Shown: positions 34,644-44,122, counted from the stretch's first letter. The stretch is 64,000 bases of DNA from Patescibacteria group bacterium (GCA_041671125.1 JBAZCA010000004.1:87029-151028), one strand, 5' to 3'. The notes: a model not told the origin generated them from the letters alone. Program-made: numbers and translations.

Positions 34644-37061
34644 ATGGCTAACGGAAATAATGGCAATCTTCCCGGGAAGAATTTGCTGGTCGTCAATACA
34701 GGATCAGTAAAGAAAAAATTTATTTTTCAGGAATTAAGAAAACTCGGACTCAACATACTGGTTTTAAACAAAGAAAAAAACTGGGCGCAGAGTTACGCCG
34801 ACCATTGGATTTTAGCCGATAACTACAACCATCCTGAATCAATTGAGGCGATAAAGGACTATTTGACGGCGAATAAGATAAAGTTGGACGGCGCCATTAC
34901 TTTTTGGGAAGACGACATCCCGCTACTCGCGAAAATCTGCCGTGAGTTTAAGCTGGCGGGGAACTCGCTTGAAACGGCGGTTAACACCCGCGACAAATTC
35001 CGGATGCAGGAAATACTGCGCCAGTCCGGGCTTTGCCATATTCGCCAAAGACTCATAAGGACCTGGGCCGACTTAAAAAAAGCCACCGAAGAAATCGGTT
35101 TTCCGGCGGTATTAAAGCCGGTTTACGGCGCCGACAGCCAGTTCGTCGTGCAGGTGGGGAATGAAAAAGAAGCCGAAGACGCCTACGATTATGTCTTAAA
35201 AAACTGCACCCCGGATTATGATCCGATTTTTAAATACAATAAAAGGCTTTTTGTTTACCAGGAATATGTCGCCGGACAGGAATTTTCTCTGGAATGCTAC
35301 TGCCAGCACGGCGTTCCGCACGTCGTCGGCATTCATGAAAAAACCGCTATGGATCTGCCTTTCTTCATGGAAACCGGCGACTACCTGCCGCCGAGAATTT
35401 CTCCCGAACAGGAAGCCGAGCTCGTAAAAGTTACCGAGTCGGCCCTAATTATCTTAGGCGTCCGGGACTCGCTCGCTCACGTTGAGGTAAAGCTTACGAA
35501 AGACGGGCCGAAAATCATTGAAATCGCCTCGCGCATGGGCGGCGACTATACGAGGGAAAATATTTGGCAGGTCTATAATTTTGATCTGATAAAAACCGGC
35601 TGTGAAATCGCCTTAAAAGTTAACTCGCCCGCGCACCATAAAGACGCGAAAAAATACGTCATCGGAAAGTTTTTTATCCCTAAGAGTTCAGGAATCATCA
35701 CGAAAATTATCGGTTTTGAAGAGATAAAAAAACACGCCCAGGTTCTTGATTATTTTCTCTCTAAAAAAGTCGGCGACTCGGTTTTAGTGCCGCCGGACGG
35801 CTATGAAAATATCGGTTGGGTGATCGTCGGCGGATCATCCTACACCGACGCCGAGCGGGCCATGGCTTATATTTCTGAAAAGGTGGATATTGAAATCGCG
35901 CCTTTTAAAAGTTATTCGTCTTTCGGCCGGACAGAGCGGAAAGACCGATTTTCTTCGGCGCTCTTAACGAAAAACGCCCTGGCGCGCTCCGCGAAGATTG
36001 AACATATCCGAAGCGTTTCGGATGAAGAACTTAAGAATCTCCATATTGGCGTGGCCTGCAACCTGTACGACGAAAACGGCAACGACGTGGAAAGAGATTT
36101 AACCTCGGTCGGCAAAAATATTGAAAAAACGCTTCTGGAAAAAGGCTACCGGGTTACGTTTTTTGACTTTAATGATTTTGGCAAGACGATAAATGATTTA
36201 AAGGAATCGGACGTTGATCTGGTCTTTAATGTTTGCGAGCGGATTAATAATTCAAGCCTCTTAGAGCCGCACGTCGCCTCCACCCTGGATATCCTCCAGA
36301 TTCCTTACACAGGCTCCAACCCTTTTACCCTGGCCATGTGCATTGATAAAATCCGGGTGAAAATTTTACTTAATTACCATAACATTCCGACGCCGAAATG
36401 GGATTACGCTTATTCGCTTGAAGACCGGATCCGCGACGATTTGCGCTACCCGCTAATCGTCAAGCCGGCCAATACTGATAATTCCATCGGTATTACCAAC
36501 GATTCGGTCGTTACTAATAAAAAAGAACTTGACCGCCAGCTGGAATACGTCATTGAAGAACTTGACTCGCCGGCCCTGATTGAGGAATATATTGAAGGCG
36601 ACGAATATGACGTTACCATTATTGGCAACGATGAAGATGATTTAAAGGTTTTGCCGCTTTCGCGTTCAATTTTTAAAGAAATGCCCGCCGGCTTCTGGCA
36701 TATTTATCCGTATGACGCCAAATGGACGGAAAACCCGGCCTATCAGGCGATCATTTCCCAACAGCCGCCGAAAAATATTTCCCGCCGGCTAGAATCGCTT
36801 TTGACCGAAATGGCGCTGGATACCTATAATATTCTTGACTGCCATGACTACGGCCGGGTGGAAATCCGGGTGGATGACAATGACAACCCTTATGTGCTTG
36901 AATTAAATCCCAACCCCTCAATCAATATCGGCGACTGCGTTCCGGGATCGGCCGAGCTTATTGGTATGGACTACGGCCGGTTTTTAGAAGAGATTATTAA
37001 GATGACCATCAAGCGCTACAAAGACCGGCCGCCGTATTATCATCTGCAGACGAGTTTTTAG
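34644..37061 (+). CDS. Fused double ATP-grasp ligase (N-terminal L-amino-acid-ligase-like half, C-terminal D-Ala-D-Ala-ligase-like half)
   Basis: N-terminal half: FPAVLKPVYGADS, VYQEYVAGQEFSLE, HVEVKLTKDGPKIIEIASRMGG. C-terminal half: YPLIVKPANTDNSIGI, LIEEYIEGDEYDV, YGRVEIRVDDNDNPYVLELNPNPSI. Confidence 0.75.
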   Translation: MANGNNGNLPGKNLLVVNTGSVKKKFIFQELRKLGLNILVLNKEKNWAQSYADHWILADNYNHPESIEAIKDYLTANKIKLDGAITFWEDDIPLLAKICREFKLAGNSLETAVNTRDKFRMQEILRQSGLCHIRQRLIRTWADLKKATEEIGFPAVLKPVYGADSQFVVQVGNEKEAEDAYDYVLKNCTPDYDPIFKYNKRLFVYQEYVAGQEFSLECYCQHGVPHVVGIHEKTAMDLPFFMETGDYLPPRISPEQEAELVKVTESALIILGVRDSLAHVEVKLTKDGPKIIEIASRMGGDYTRENIWQVYNFDLIKTGCEIALKVNSPAHHKDAKKYVIGKFFIPKSSGIITKIIGFEEIKKHAQVLDYFLSKKVGDSVLVPPDGYENIGWVIVGGSSYTDAERAMAYISEKVDIEIAPFKSYSSFGRTERKDRFSSALLTKNALARSAKIEHIRSVSDEELKNLHIGVACNLYDENGNDVERDLTSVGKNIEKTLLEKGYRVTFFDFNDFGKTINDLKESDVDLVFNVCERINNSSLLEPHVASTLDILQIPYTGSNPFTLAMCIDKIRVKILLNYHNIPTPKWDYAYSLEDRIRDDLRYPLIVKPANTDNSIGITNDSVVTNKKELDRQLEYVIEELDSPALIEEYIEGDEYDVTIIGNDEDDLKVLPLSRSIFKEMPAGFWHIYPYDAKWTENPAYQAIISQQPPKNISRRLESLLTEMALDTYNILDCHDYGRVEIRVDDNDNPYVLELNPNPSINIGDCVPGSAELIGMDYGRFLEEIIKMTIKRYKDRPPYYHLQTSF

Positions 37062-37066
37062 ATTTT

Positions 37067-37210
37067 AGGCGCGAAATATTTCATTTTTTCACTGCGGAAA
37101 TCTACGCCCGCGTTTAGTGAACGCATTTCCTGAAAGCGTCTTTACTTTACTGAAGATATATCCTCAGCGCGATACATGTCCTCGCTTCAAAAATGAAATA
37201 TTTCGCGCCT
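37067..37210. repeat. 22-bp perfect inverted repeat flanking about 100 bp; right arm covers ATG 37193
   Basis: aggcgcgaaatatttcattttt (37067-37088) is the exact reverse complement of aaaaatgaaatatttcgcgcct (37189-37210). Confidence 0.85.
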
Positions 37211-38125
37211 TCAATTATTATGTTCAAGATAAAAGAAATTATTGATCCGGAAGAGTGTAAAAATATTTGGAACGAGCTAAGTCCCAATGAGTCAATCTAC
37301 GACAATTGGGATTTTCGTTATTGCTTCCATAAATACGCTCCCGCGCCTTTGCATTTTTTCGCCGGCTATCTTAATGACGAACTGATCGGTCTCCTGCCAC
37401 TTGAATATATTAACGAAGAGGGCGGCTATCTCGGGTATTTTGCCGAGGAATTCATGGAAGAAAACCGGCTGTTTATTAAGCCGGGTCGGGAAAAATATAT
37501 TCCCGATTTTTATGACTCGGTTAAAGGGGATATAATGATAGACGATTTGTCCGGAGAAGACGCCTTTACCTCCGGACTGCCGCTTGAGGATTACAAATAT
37601 GTTTTACCGCTTAACGGGTTAAAAGGCTTTAAAGACCACCTGGAAAAATCATTTTCTTCAAAGCGCCGCCGGCAGTTTTTAAAAGTTAATAGTGAAATTG
37701 AGAAGAACGGAATTAAAATCATTCATAATAATTACGATGACATTGATTTGCTTTTTGAACTGAACATAAAGCGGCACGGTAAAGAGTCATATTTAAGCGA
37801 GCCGCACAAAAAGGAAATTTTTAAAGACCTGGCAAGCTTGTTTAAAGTTGAGATGCTGACCGCGGAGATAAGCGGAAAAAAACAAGGCGTGTCTTATTCA
37901 ATTCTCCATAACGGCGTTTATAATTACCTTTCGGTAGGAGCCAATTTGACCGGCTATTCAAGTTTAGGCGCTTACATCGGCATGAAGAACATTGATTACG
38001 CCATTTTATCCGGCGCGCGCGTTTTTGACGCCGGACTCGGGGATTGCGGCTGGAAACACCTTTGGCATTTTGACCGGGTACCTCAATATTCTTTAGCCAG
38101 AATCAATAACCAAATCCGTTATTAA
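37193..38125 (+). CDS. FemAB/CelD-like GNAT (Acetyltransf_6-type) protein
   Basis: C-terminal region (GVSYSILHNGVYNYLSVGAN...GARVFDAGLGDCGWKHLW) resembles the BioF2/CelD/FemAB-like acetyltransferase fold family. The start could instead be ATG 37220. Confidence 0.5.
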   Translation: MKYFAPSIIMFKIKEIIDPEECKNIWNELSPNESIYDNWDFRYCFHKYAPAPLHFFAGYLNDELIGLLPLEYINEEGGYLGYFAEEFMEENRLFIKPGREKYIPDFYDSVKGDIMIDDLSGEDAFTSGLPLEDYKYVLPLNGLKGFKDHLEKSFSSKRRRQFLKVNSEIEKNGIKIIHNNYDDIDLLFELNIKRHGKESYLSEPHKKEIFKDLASLFKVEMLTAEISGKKQGVSYSILHNGVYNYLSVGANLTGYSSLGAYIGMKNIDYAILSGARVFDAGLGDCGWKHLWHFDRVPQYSLARINNQIRY

Positions 38126-38137
38126 GAAAATTAATTA

Positions 38138-38881
38138 TTGCTAACTGACATTATGTTTTTATTGCCTGAAAAACACCTTGAAGTGAGAAAAACCAAAAGA
38201 CGGGGAAACGGGGTTTTTGCTATTCGCGAAATTGAAGGGGGAGCTGTTATCGGCGATTATCTCGGAAAAATAATCAGCGAAGACGAGGAAGAAGAGTATG
38301 AGAAGAAAAATGGTTTTTATGTTTTTGGCTATACCAGAGATTCTTCAATCGCTCCGGATCCGGCTTCTCCCGGCCCGCACCTGATAAACCACTCCTGCTC
38401 GCCTAACTGCGAATCTTTCCAGTATCGGGGCCATATCCTTTATTTCGCTTTGCGGAAAATTTTTCCCGGCGAGGAGTTGACAGTAAATTATTATGTTTTG
38501 GCCGATGTCGGGGAGGTGTACGATTTTCCCTGCTACTGCAAGAGCCCGGTCTGCCGGGGAACCATGGCCTGCACTGAGAAAAAATTTGAGGAGTATAACG
38601 CGTTTATTGAGCGGATGGATAAGGAATTCAATAATAAAATGGAAGTCGGTTTCGGAGAATATTTGCCGCCGCTCGCGCGCTACCCGAAAGCCATTAAAGA
38701 CTATCCGGTTTTTGACATTTTTGGCAGTCTGAAAGTCCGGGCGCTTGCCTGCGACGACGAATTTTTGCCGCCAAAAAATGAGCTAAGAAAAAGAATTCGC
38801 CAGAGCGGAAGATGCCTCAATTTTAAAAAACTGAAATTTAAAGTGTTTGGCGTGATGAACGGAATGGTAGTTTTGTTGTAA
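38138..38881 (+). CDS. SET-domain protein (lysine) methyltransferase with post-SET Cys cluster
   Basis: RGNGVFA, NHSCSPNC, GEELTVNYY and CYCKSPVCRG motifs. The start may be ATG 38153. Confidence 0.8.
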   Translation: MLTDIMFLLPEKHLEVRKTKRRGNGVFAIREIEGGAVIGDYLGKIISEDEEEEYEKKNGFYVFGYTRDSSIAPDPASPGPHLINHSCSPNCESFQYRGHILYFALRKIFPGEELTVNYYVLADVGEVYDFPCYCKSPVCRGTMACTEKKFEEYNAFIERMDKEFNNKMEVGFGEYLPPLARYPKAIKDYPVFDIFGSLKVRALACDDEFLPPKNELRKRIRQSGRCLNFKKLKFKVFGVMNGMVVLL

Positions 38882-38922
38882 AGCGAGCAGCTGTCCTTTG
38901 TTATTTTATTTGCGGAATAATA

Positions 38923-38952
38923 AAACCGCCCCGGCGCATGCCGGGGCGGTTT
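38923..38952. terminator. Bidirectional GC-rich terminator hairpin between convergent genes
   Basis: aaaccgccccggc gcat gccggggcggttt (13-bp stem), with A/T runs on both sides. Confidence 0.75.
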
Positions 38953-38964
38953 AAGAGCTGGTAA

Positions 38965-39381
38965 TTAGTCTCTTACTAAAACTGTTACTTTGGCTTTTTT
39001 TCCTTTGAAGAACTTTTGGCAGAATAAGACCGCCTTTTCCGCTTCAAAGAACTTACAGCTGAATATATCAATAAAGGCTTTTCTATGCGTCTCTTCAAAA
39101 TGGGCGGTTATGGACGAAGTTTCAATAAACTGCATGAAGGAATAACCTTCGCTTACCGTAACCCCGTCTCCAAAACGGTCAAGATGGGTGTCCCCGTGCC
39201 GTTTCATGCCGATTTCATTACAAAGTTCAATTACGAATTTTTTGATATGCTCCGGCGAACTGATTAAACCGAGTTCGCAATCGTAGATATCAATGACCGC
39301 GTGCAATCCCCAGGCTTTGTCTTGTCCGAAATCATTTTCGGTAAGGGTTTGGAGCTGGGTTCCCATGTAGGTTTTTTCCAT
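38965..39381 (-). CDS. AdoMetDC-family (SpeH-like) pyruvoyl-dependent decarboxylase homolog
   Basis: Aligns by eye with small class-1 SAM decarboxylases: GLHAVIDIYDC, FIETSSITAHF (equivalent to ISESHLTIHTW), AFIDIFSC. The cleavage-site residues are ET-SS rather than SE-SH. Confidence 0.6.
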   Translation of the reverse strand: MEKTYMGTQLQTLTENDFGQDKAWGLHAVIDIYDCELGLISSPEHIKKFVIELCNEIGMKRHGDTHLDRFGDGVTVSEGYSFMQFIETSSITAHFEETHRKAFIDIFSCKFFEAEKAVLFCQKFFKGKKAKVTVLVRD

Positions 39382-39697
39382 AGGCCTTTTTTCAAAAGGT
39401 TGAAACTAGCTAGACTGGTCCTCGTTCCGGGTAATCGGGACGGGAGTCGCTCTAGCAATATAAATTAAAATATTTAAAAAATATTTCGCCCGGAAGAAGC
39501 TCTCTTCCCCGAAAGAAATATTCCCGTTATAATATACCATATCGCGAAAAATTGCAAGAGGGGATATAATTTCATGCGTTCGGAAATAATAAATTGATAT
39601 TTATTATTTCCTCACTTTATTCAATTATAAAGCCAAACTTATAAAGAGGCAATAGTATTTTTAGAAAAAGAAGCGGGATTTTTTTAGGATTAAAATT

Positions 39698-41857
39698 ATG
39701 CTTGAAGCGGGTAGTAATATTTTGGATCTAAGCGGGGTTGGGGAAGCGACCGTGCGGGAATTAAAAAAGGTTGGCGTGGAAAAAATCCGTGACCTCTTAT
39801 TTTATTTTCCTTTCCGTTATGATGATTTTTCCCGGACAATTCCCATTGCCAAAATTAAAATTGGTGAAAACGCCAATATAATCGGCCAGATTGAACTCTT
39901 AGAAGCGAGGCGCAGTCCGCGGCGGCGCGCGCATGTAACAGAAGCGCTTATCCGGGACGCAACCGGCAGTCTCAGGGTTGTTTGGTTTAACCAGCCTTTT
40001 ATCGCCCGCCAATTCGCGGCCGGTGACACGATTTCCATCGCCGGAAAAGCGTCCGAAGACTACGGCGGAGCCGTGATGATTTCTCCTTTTTACGAGAGAG
40101 CCGGAACAGTTATCCACAGCCGGGAAAAATTCGCGGCAAAAAAACCGCCAGGAGGAACTCTTTCTTACTTTCATACCCGGGGACTGGTTCCGGTTTATCA
40201 TCTTTCCGGAAAATTAAACCAGAAGCGGTTAAGGTCGCTGATGGGCAAGGCCATTTATATCGCGGAAAAATTTCCCGATTGGGTTCCGCTGGAAGCGAGA
40301 GGAAGAAAGTATTTATCCCTGCCGGAAGCTGTTAGGCTCATTCATTTTCCAAAAAATCAAAAGGACGCCGCGAGCGCTAAAAAACGTTTCTCTTTCCAGG
40401 AGTTATTTTTAGTCCAGCTCCGGTCGCAAATGGCGAGAAGGGAGATGGATTCGTGCCTCGCCCATCGGCTGAAATTTTTTGAAAAAGAGACCCGCGATTT
40501 CGTCTTTAGCCTGCCGTTCCGGCTTACTGACGCCCAGAAGAAAGCGGCCTGGGAAATTTTACGCGACCTGGAAAAAGAGCGGCCGATGGCCAGGCTTTTG
40601 ACCGGAGACGTCGGGTCAGGTAAAACTATAGTGGCGGCCATCGCTATACTGAACGCGGTTTTAAACGGCAAGCAGGCGGTTCTTATGGCGCCGACCGAGA
40701 TTCTCGCCAAACAGCATTTCGCGACGCTCAGCGGGCTGTTTTCGGGACTGGACTTTAAAATCGGGTTGGTTACTTCGGGGGAGAAAATTACGAATTACGA
40801 ATTACGAATTACGAATAATGAATTAAAGGCTAAGAAGAGAAAGGAAACCCATGATTCATTATTCATAATTCGTAATTCACAGGTAATTATCGGCACGCAC
40901 GCCTTGCTTGAGGAAAAAGTGGCATTTAACAATTTGGCTCTGGCGATAATAGACGAACAGCACCGTTTCGGCGTGGAACAGAGAAAAGCCCTGATTGAAA
41001 AAGCGACGGCCAGGGGCATTAGAAAAAAGTTCGCCCCGCATTTTCTTTCCATGACCGCCACGCCCATCCCGCGCAGTCTCGCGCTTACCCTATACGGCGA
41101 ACTGGAAGTTTCCGCAATCAATGAAATGCCTAAGGGGAGAAAAAAAATCCTTACCCGGGTAATTCCCGAAGAAAAACGAGAAGCGGCTTATGGGTTTATC
41201 CGTAAAAAGGCGGACGAAGGACGGCAGATATTCGTTATCTGCCCGCTTATTGACCCTTCCGACCGGCTCGGAGTTAAGTCAGTAAAAGAAGAATACGAAA
41301 AATTGAACAAGCTGGTTTTTCCGGATTTGAAAGTCGGGCTTTTGCACGGCCGGCTAAATTCGCGGGAAAAAGACAGGGTGATGAGAGATTTTTCTTCCGG
41401 CAAAATAAAAGTACTCGTTTCTACTTCGGTAATTGAAGTCGGAATTGATATTCCCAACGCGACCGTTATGATGATAGAAGGCGCCGACCGCTTTGGTCTC
41501 GCGCAGATCCATCAGTTCCGGGGAAGGGTTGGGCGGGGCGCTCACGAATCATTTTGTTTCCTTTTTACCGACAGTGCGGCGGAAAAAACCCTGGCCCGGT
41601 TAAAAGCGGTGGAGACCGAAAATGACGGGTTTAAGCTCGCCAGGATGGATCTTGAACTCCGCGGCCCGGGCGAAGTTTACGGAATTGCCCAAAAAGGTTT
41701 TCCCGAATTTCGCGTAGCTTCGCTTTTTGATTACGAGCTTATGAGCGAGGCTAAAGCGGCGGCGGAGAAAATAATGAAAATTGACCCGAGCCTTAACCGC
41801 TGGCCGCTATTGAAGCGCGAACTCGGAGAATGGAAAAAAGGAACGCATATGGAGTAG
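39698..41857 (+). CDS. recG: ATP-dependent DNA helicase RecG with an in-frame palindromic-element insertion
   Basis: Wedge/OB N-terminus, helicase motifs GDVGSGKT, DEQHRFG, MTATPIPRS, QFRGRVGRG. Confidence 0.9.
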   Translation: MLEAGSNILDLSGVGEATVRELKKVGVEKIRDLLFYFPFRYDDFSRTIPIAKIKIGENANIIGQIELLEARRSPRRRAHVTEALIRDATGSLRVVWFNQPFIARQFAAGDTISIAGKASEDYGGAVMISPFYERAGTVIHSREKFAAKKPPGGTLSYFHTRGLVPVYHLSGKLNQKRLRSLMGKAIYIAEKFPDWVPLEARGRKYLSLPEAVRLIHFPKNQKDAASAKKRFSFQELFLVQLRSQMARREMDSCLAHRLKFFEKETRDFVFSLPFRLTDAQKKAAWEILRDLEKERPMARLLTGDVGSGKTIVAAIAILNAVLNGKQAVLMAPTEILAKQHFATLSGLFSGLDFKIGLVTSGEKITNYELRITNNELKAKKRKETHDSLFIIRNSQVIIGTHALLEEKVAFNNLALAIIDEQHRFGVEQRKALIEKATARGIRKKFAPHFLSMTATPIPRSLALTLYGELEVSAINEMPKGRKKILTRVIPEEKREAAYGFIRKKADEGRQIFVICPLIDPSDRLGVKSVKEEYEKLNKLVFPDLKVGLLHGRLNSREKDRVMRDFSSGKIKVLVSTSVIEVGIDIPNATVMMIEGADRFGLAQIHQFRGRVGRGAHESFCFLFTDSAAEKTLARLKAVETENDGFKLARMDLELRGPGEVYGIAQKGFPEFRVASLFDYELMSEAKAAAEKIMKIDPSLNRWPLLKRELGEWKKGTHME
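40787..40878. repeat. Palindromic element family R2, in-frame inside recG
   Basis: Left arm attacgaattacgaattacgaattacgaataatgaat; right arm attcattattcataattcgtaattc. Translates ITNYELRITNNELKAKKRKETHDSLFIIRNS. Confidence 0.8.
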
Positions 41858-41998
41858 ATGAAAAAATTTTAAATTTTCAATTATAAATTTTAAATTAATA
41901 AGTGAAATGAATCTCAGCTTTTGTAAGATAATTTAAAATTTGTCATTTAAAATTTAATTAAAATTAAAAATTTTAAATTTAAAATTGTTTAGGTTTAA

Positions 41999-43351
41999 TC
42001 AAAAGCGATTAAGTTTTAACAGGTCAATTATTTCCCTCAAATTCTTCATTTTAATAATTTCCAGCCCTTCGGTTTTAACTTCAAAATCAGGTATGACGGC
42101 TTTTTCAAATCCGAGGCGCGCGGCTTCATAAAGCCTTTGTTCCAGATTTTTTATGTTTCTTATTTCTCCGCCGAGCCCCACTTCGCCGAGGATGATGGTT
42201 TTCCGGTTTAAAGGCAGGTTTAAAAGCGAAGAGGCGATAGCGGCGGCAACAGCCAAATCCAGGGCCGGATCGCTGGTTTTTAATCCGCCGGCGATATTAA
42301 GGATTATGTCCTGAGCCGAGAGATTTATTGCCGCCCGCTTTCCGAGGACAGCGGCGAGAATCGCGAGGCGGTTTATATCAAAGCCCGAAGCCCGACGCAC
42401 CGGATAGCCAAAAATGGTTTTCGTGACTAGAGCCTGGATTTCAAGAAGAAAAGGCCGCGAGCCGGAAAGCATGGCGCTTACGGCCGAACCGGAAAGGTTT
42501 TCCCCGCCCGGGTGCAAAAATATGAGCGAAGGGTTTTTTACTTCCCGGAATCCTTCGGCTGTCATTTCAAAAATCCCGAGCTCGCTCGCCGACCCAAAGC
42601 GATTTTTAGCGGCTCGGAGAATCCGGTAGCTTTCTGATTTGTCGGTTTCAAGATAAATGACCGTATCCACCAGATGCTCAAGGGTTTTTGGCCCGGCGAT
42701 ACTGCCGTCTTTGGTAATATGGCCGATTAGAATCACGGCGATGTTATGATTTTTTGCCATCTCCATGATTTGCGCGGCCGAAGCCCGGATCTGCGAAGCG
42801 CTGCCGGGTTCAGATTCAAGCTTATCGGTGTAAATCGTCTGAATGGAGTCAATAATAAGAAGCTCGGGCCTTAATTCTTCAGCCGTAGCGATGATTTTTT
42901 CCACCCGGGTTTCGTTTAAAAAATTGATTTTTTCTTCTTTTATGGCCAGTCGGTCGGCGCGTAGTTTTATCTGCTCGGCCGATTCTTCGCCGGAAGCGTA
43001 AAGCGCGGCTGAGCCGTCAGGCAGGGAGCTCGCGATTTGGGCGACTATCGTTGACTTTCCAATGCCCGGTTCTCCGCCGAGGAGGATGAGGGAACCCGGG
43101 ACAATGCCGCCGCCTAAAACCCGGTCAGCTTCTTCAATGCCGGTCTTAATCCTTTTAAAGCGGCCGGCGTCAATTTCCGAAATCGGGGTGGTCTTGGCGG
43201 CCGGCAGGCGTTCGCTTCCGGGCTTTTCTTTTTTTTCAATAATCTGGTTTTGCAGAGTTCCCCATTTTCCGCATTCCAAACAGCGGCCGCTCCATTTTAA
43301 GGACTGGGCGCCGCAGTTGGAGCAGACGTAAATTGTCGCGGTTTTAGACAT
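41999..43351 (-). CDS. radA: DNA repair protein RadA/Sms
   Basis: N-terminal zinc ribbon CSNCG...CLECG, Walker A GGEPGIGKST, KNRFG motif, Lon-like C-terminal domain. Confidence 0.93.
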   Translation of the reverse strand: MSKTATIYVCSNCGAQSLKWSGRCLECGKWGTLQNQIIEKKEKPGSERLPAAKTTPISEIDAGRFKRIKTGIEEADRVLGGGIVPGSLILLGGEPGIGKSTIVAQIASSLPDGSAALYASGEESAEQIKLRADRLAIKEEKINFLNETRVEKIIATAEELRPELLIIDSIQTIYTDKLESEPGSASQIRASAAQIMEMAKNHNIAVILIGHITKDGSIAGPKTLEHLVDTVIYLETDKSESYRILRAAKNRFGSASELGIFEMTAEGFREVKNPSLIFLHPGGENLSGSAVSAMLSGSRPFLLEIQALVTKTIFGYPVRRASGFDINRLAILAAVLGKRAAINLSAQDIILNIAGGLKTSDPALDLAVAAAIASSLLNLPLNRKTIILGEVGLGGEIRNIKNLEQRLYEAARLGFEKAVIPDFEVKTEGLEIIKMKNLREIIDLLKLNRF

Positions 43352-43362
43352 GGGATAATAAA

Positions 43363-44115
43363 TTACTGTTTGTTTAGTTCTTCTTCAATCGCCATTTTCA
43401 GGTCTTCATATCTGACTTCTCCGGTAATTTTTTTTTCATTGACATAAACCGCGGGAACACCGGAAATGCCGAGAGCCTCGGCTTCGGTAAGGTTGTCAAC
43501 GATAAATTTGCTTTTTTCGCGGCCAAGGTAGCAGCCTTTGAAATTTTTTTCATTGAGCCCGATCCGTCCGGCCAGCGCGTAAAAAAGACTATCCTCCCAA
43601 GGCACTTTTTCTGAATAAAGCGCGGAGGCGTATCCGAAAAAATCTCCTTGTTCGGCGGCGCAACGTCCGGCCAGCGCGGCTTTCCAAGTCGGAGAATCTA
43701 TAGAGGCTTCGGGAAAATCTTTCCAGACGAATTTTACTTTTTTTGGATACTCTTTCACGGCTTTTAATGAAGCTTCCATGCTTTTAAGGCATTTAGAGCA
43801 TTGGAAATCGGAAAACAGGGCGATAACTATCGGCGCGTCTACGACACCGGCTGATGGATCGTCAGATCCGACAAGCGGCTGGGTAATCAAATCATTTAAG
43901 CCGGGAATCATAGTTAAAAGCGGATCACCCGATTTTATGTCTTCGCTATAGGACGCCACAGAAGGCGAACGGCCGGCGGATTTTTTAGTTGACATTATAA
44001 ATGCTTTAAAAAAAATTATCAGGAGCGTTGCCAAAAGAAGATTAGCCAGGGCGGTGGCAATAAAAATTTTAACAGGGAAGTCGCGCTTTTTTTTCAGGGA
44101 AAATTGTGGAAGCAT
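43363..44115 (-). CDS. DsbA-family thiol:disulfide oxidoreductase, membrane-anchored
   Basis: N-terminal TM helix, CSKC active-site motif in a thioredoxin-like context, GVPAVYVN near the C-terminus. Confidence 0.7.
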   Translation of the reverse strand: MLPQFSLKKKRDFPVKIFIATALANLLLATLLIIFFKAFIMSTKKSAGRSPSVASYSEDIKSGDPLLTMIPGLNDLITQPLVGSDDPSAGVVDAPIVIALFSDFQCSKCLKSMEASLKAVKEYPKKVKFVWKDFPEASIDSPTWKAALAGRCAAEQGDFFGYASALYSEKVPWEDSLFYALAGRIGLNEKNFKGCYLGREKSKFIVDNLTEAEALGISGVPAVYVNEKKITGEVRYEDLKMAIEEELNKQ

Positions 44116-44122
44116 ATTATGG

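Noticed and set aside
40787-40878. Intein or self-splicing intron interrupting recG (and likewise pilD and ksgA)
   Set aside because: The elements are only 73-92 bp, far too short for group I/II introns or inteins. They are simple hairpins and keep the reading frame, so read-through translation is the simplest interpretation.
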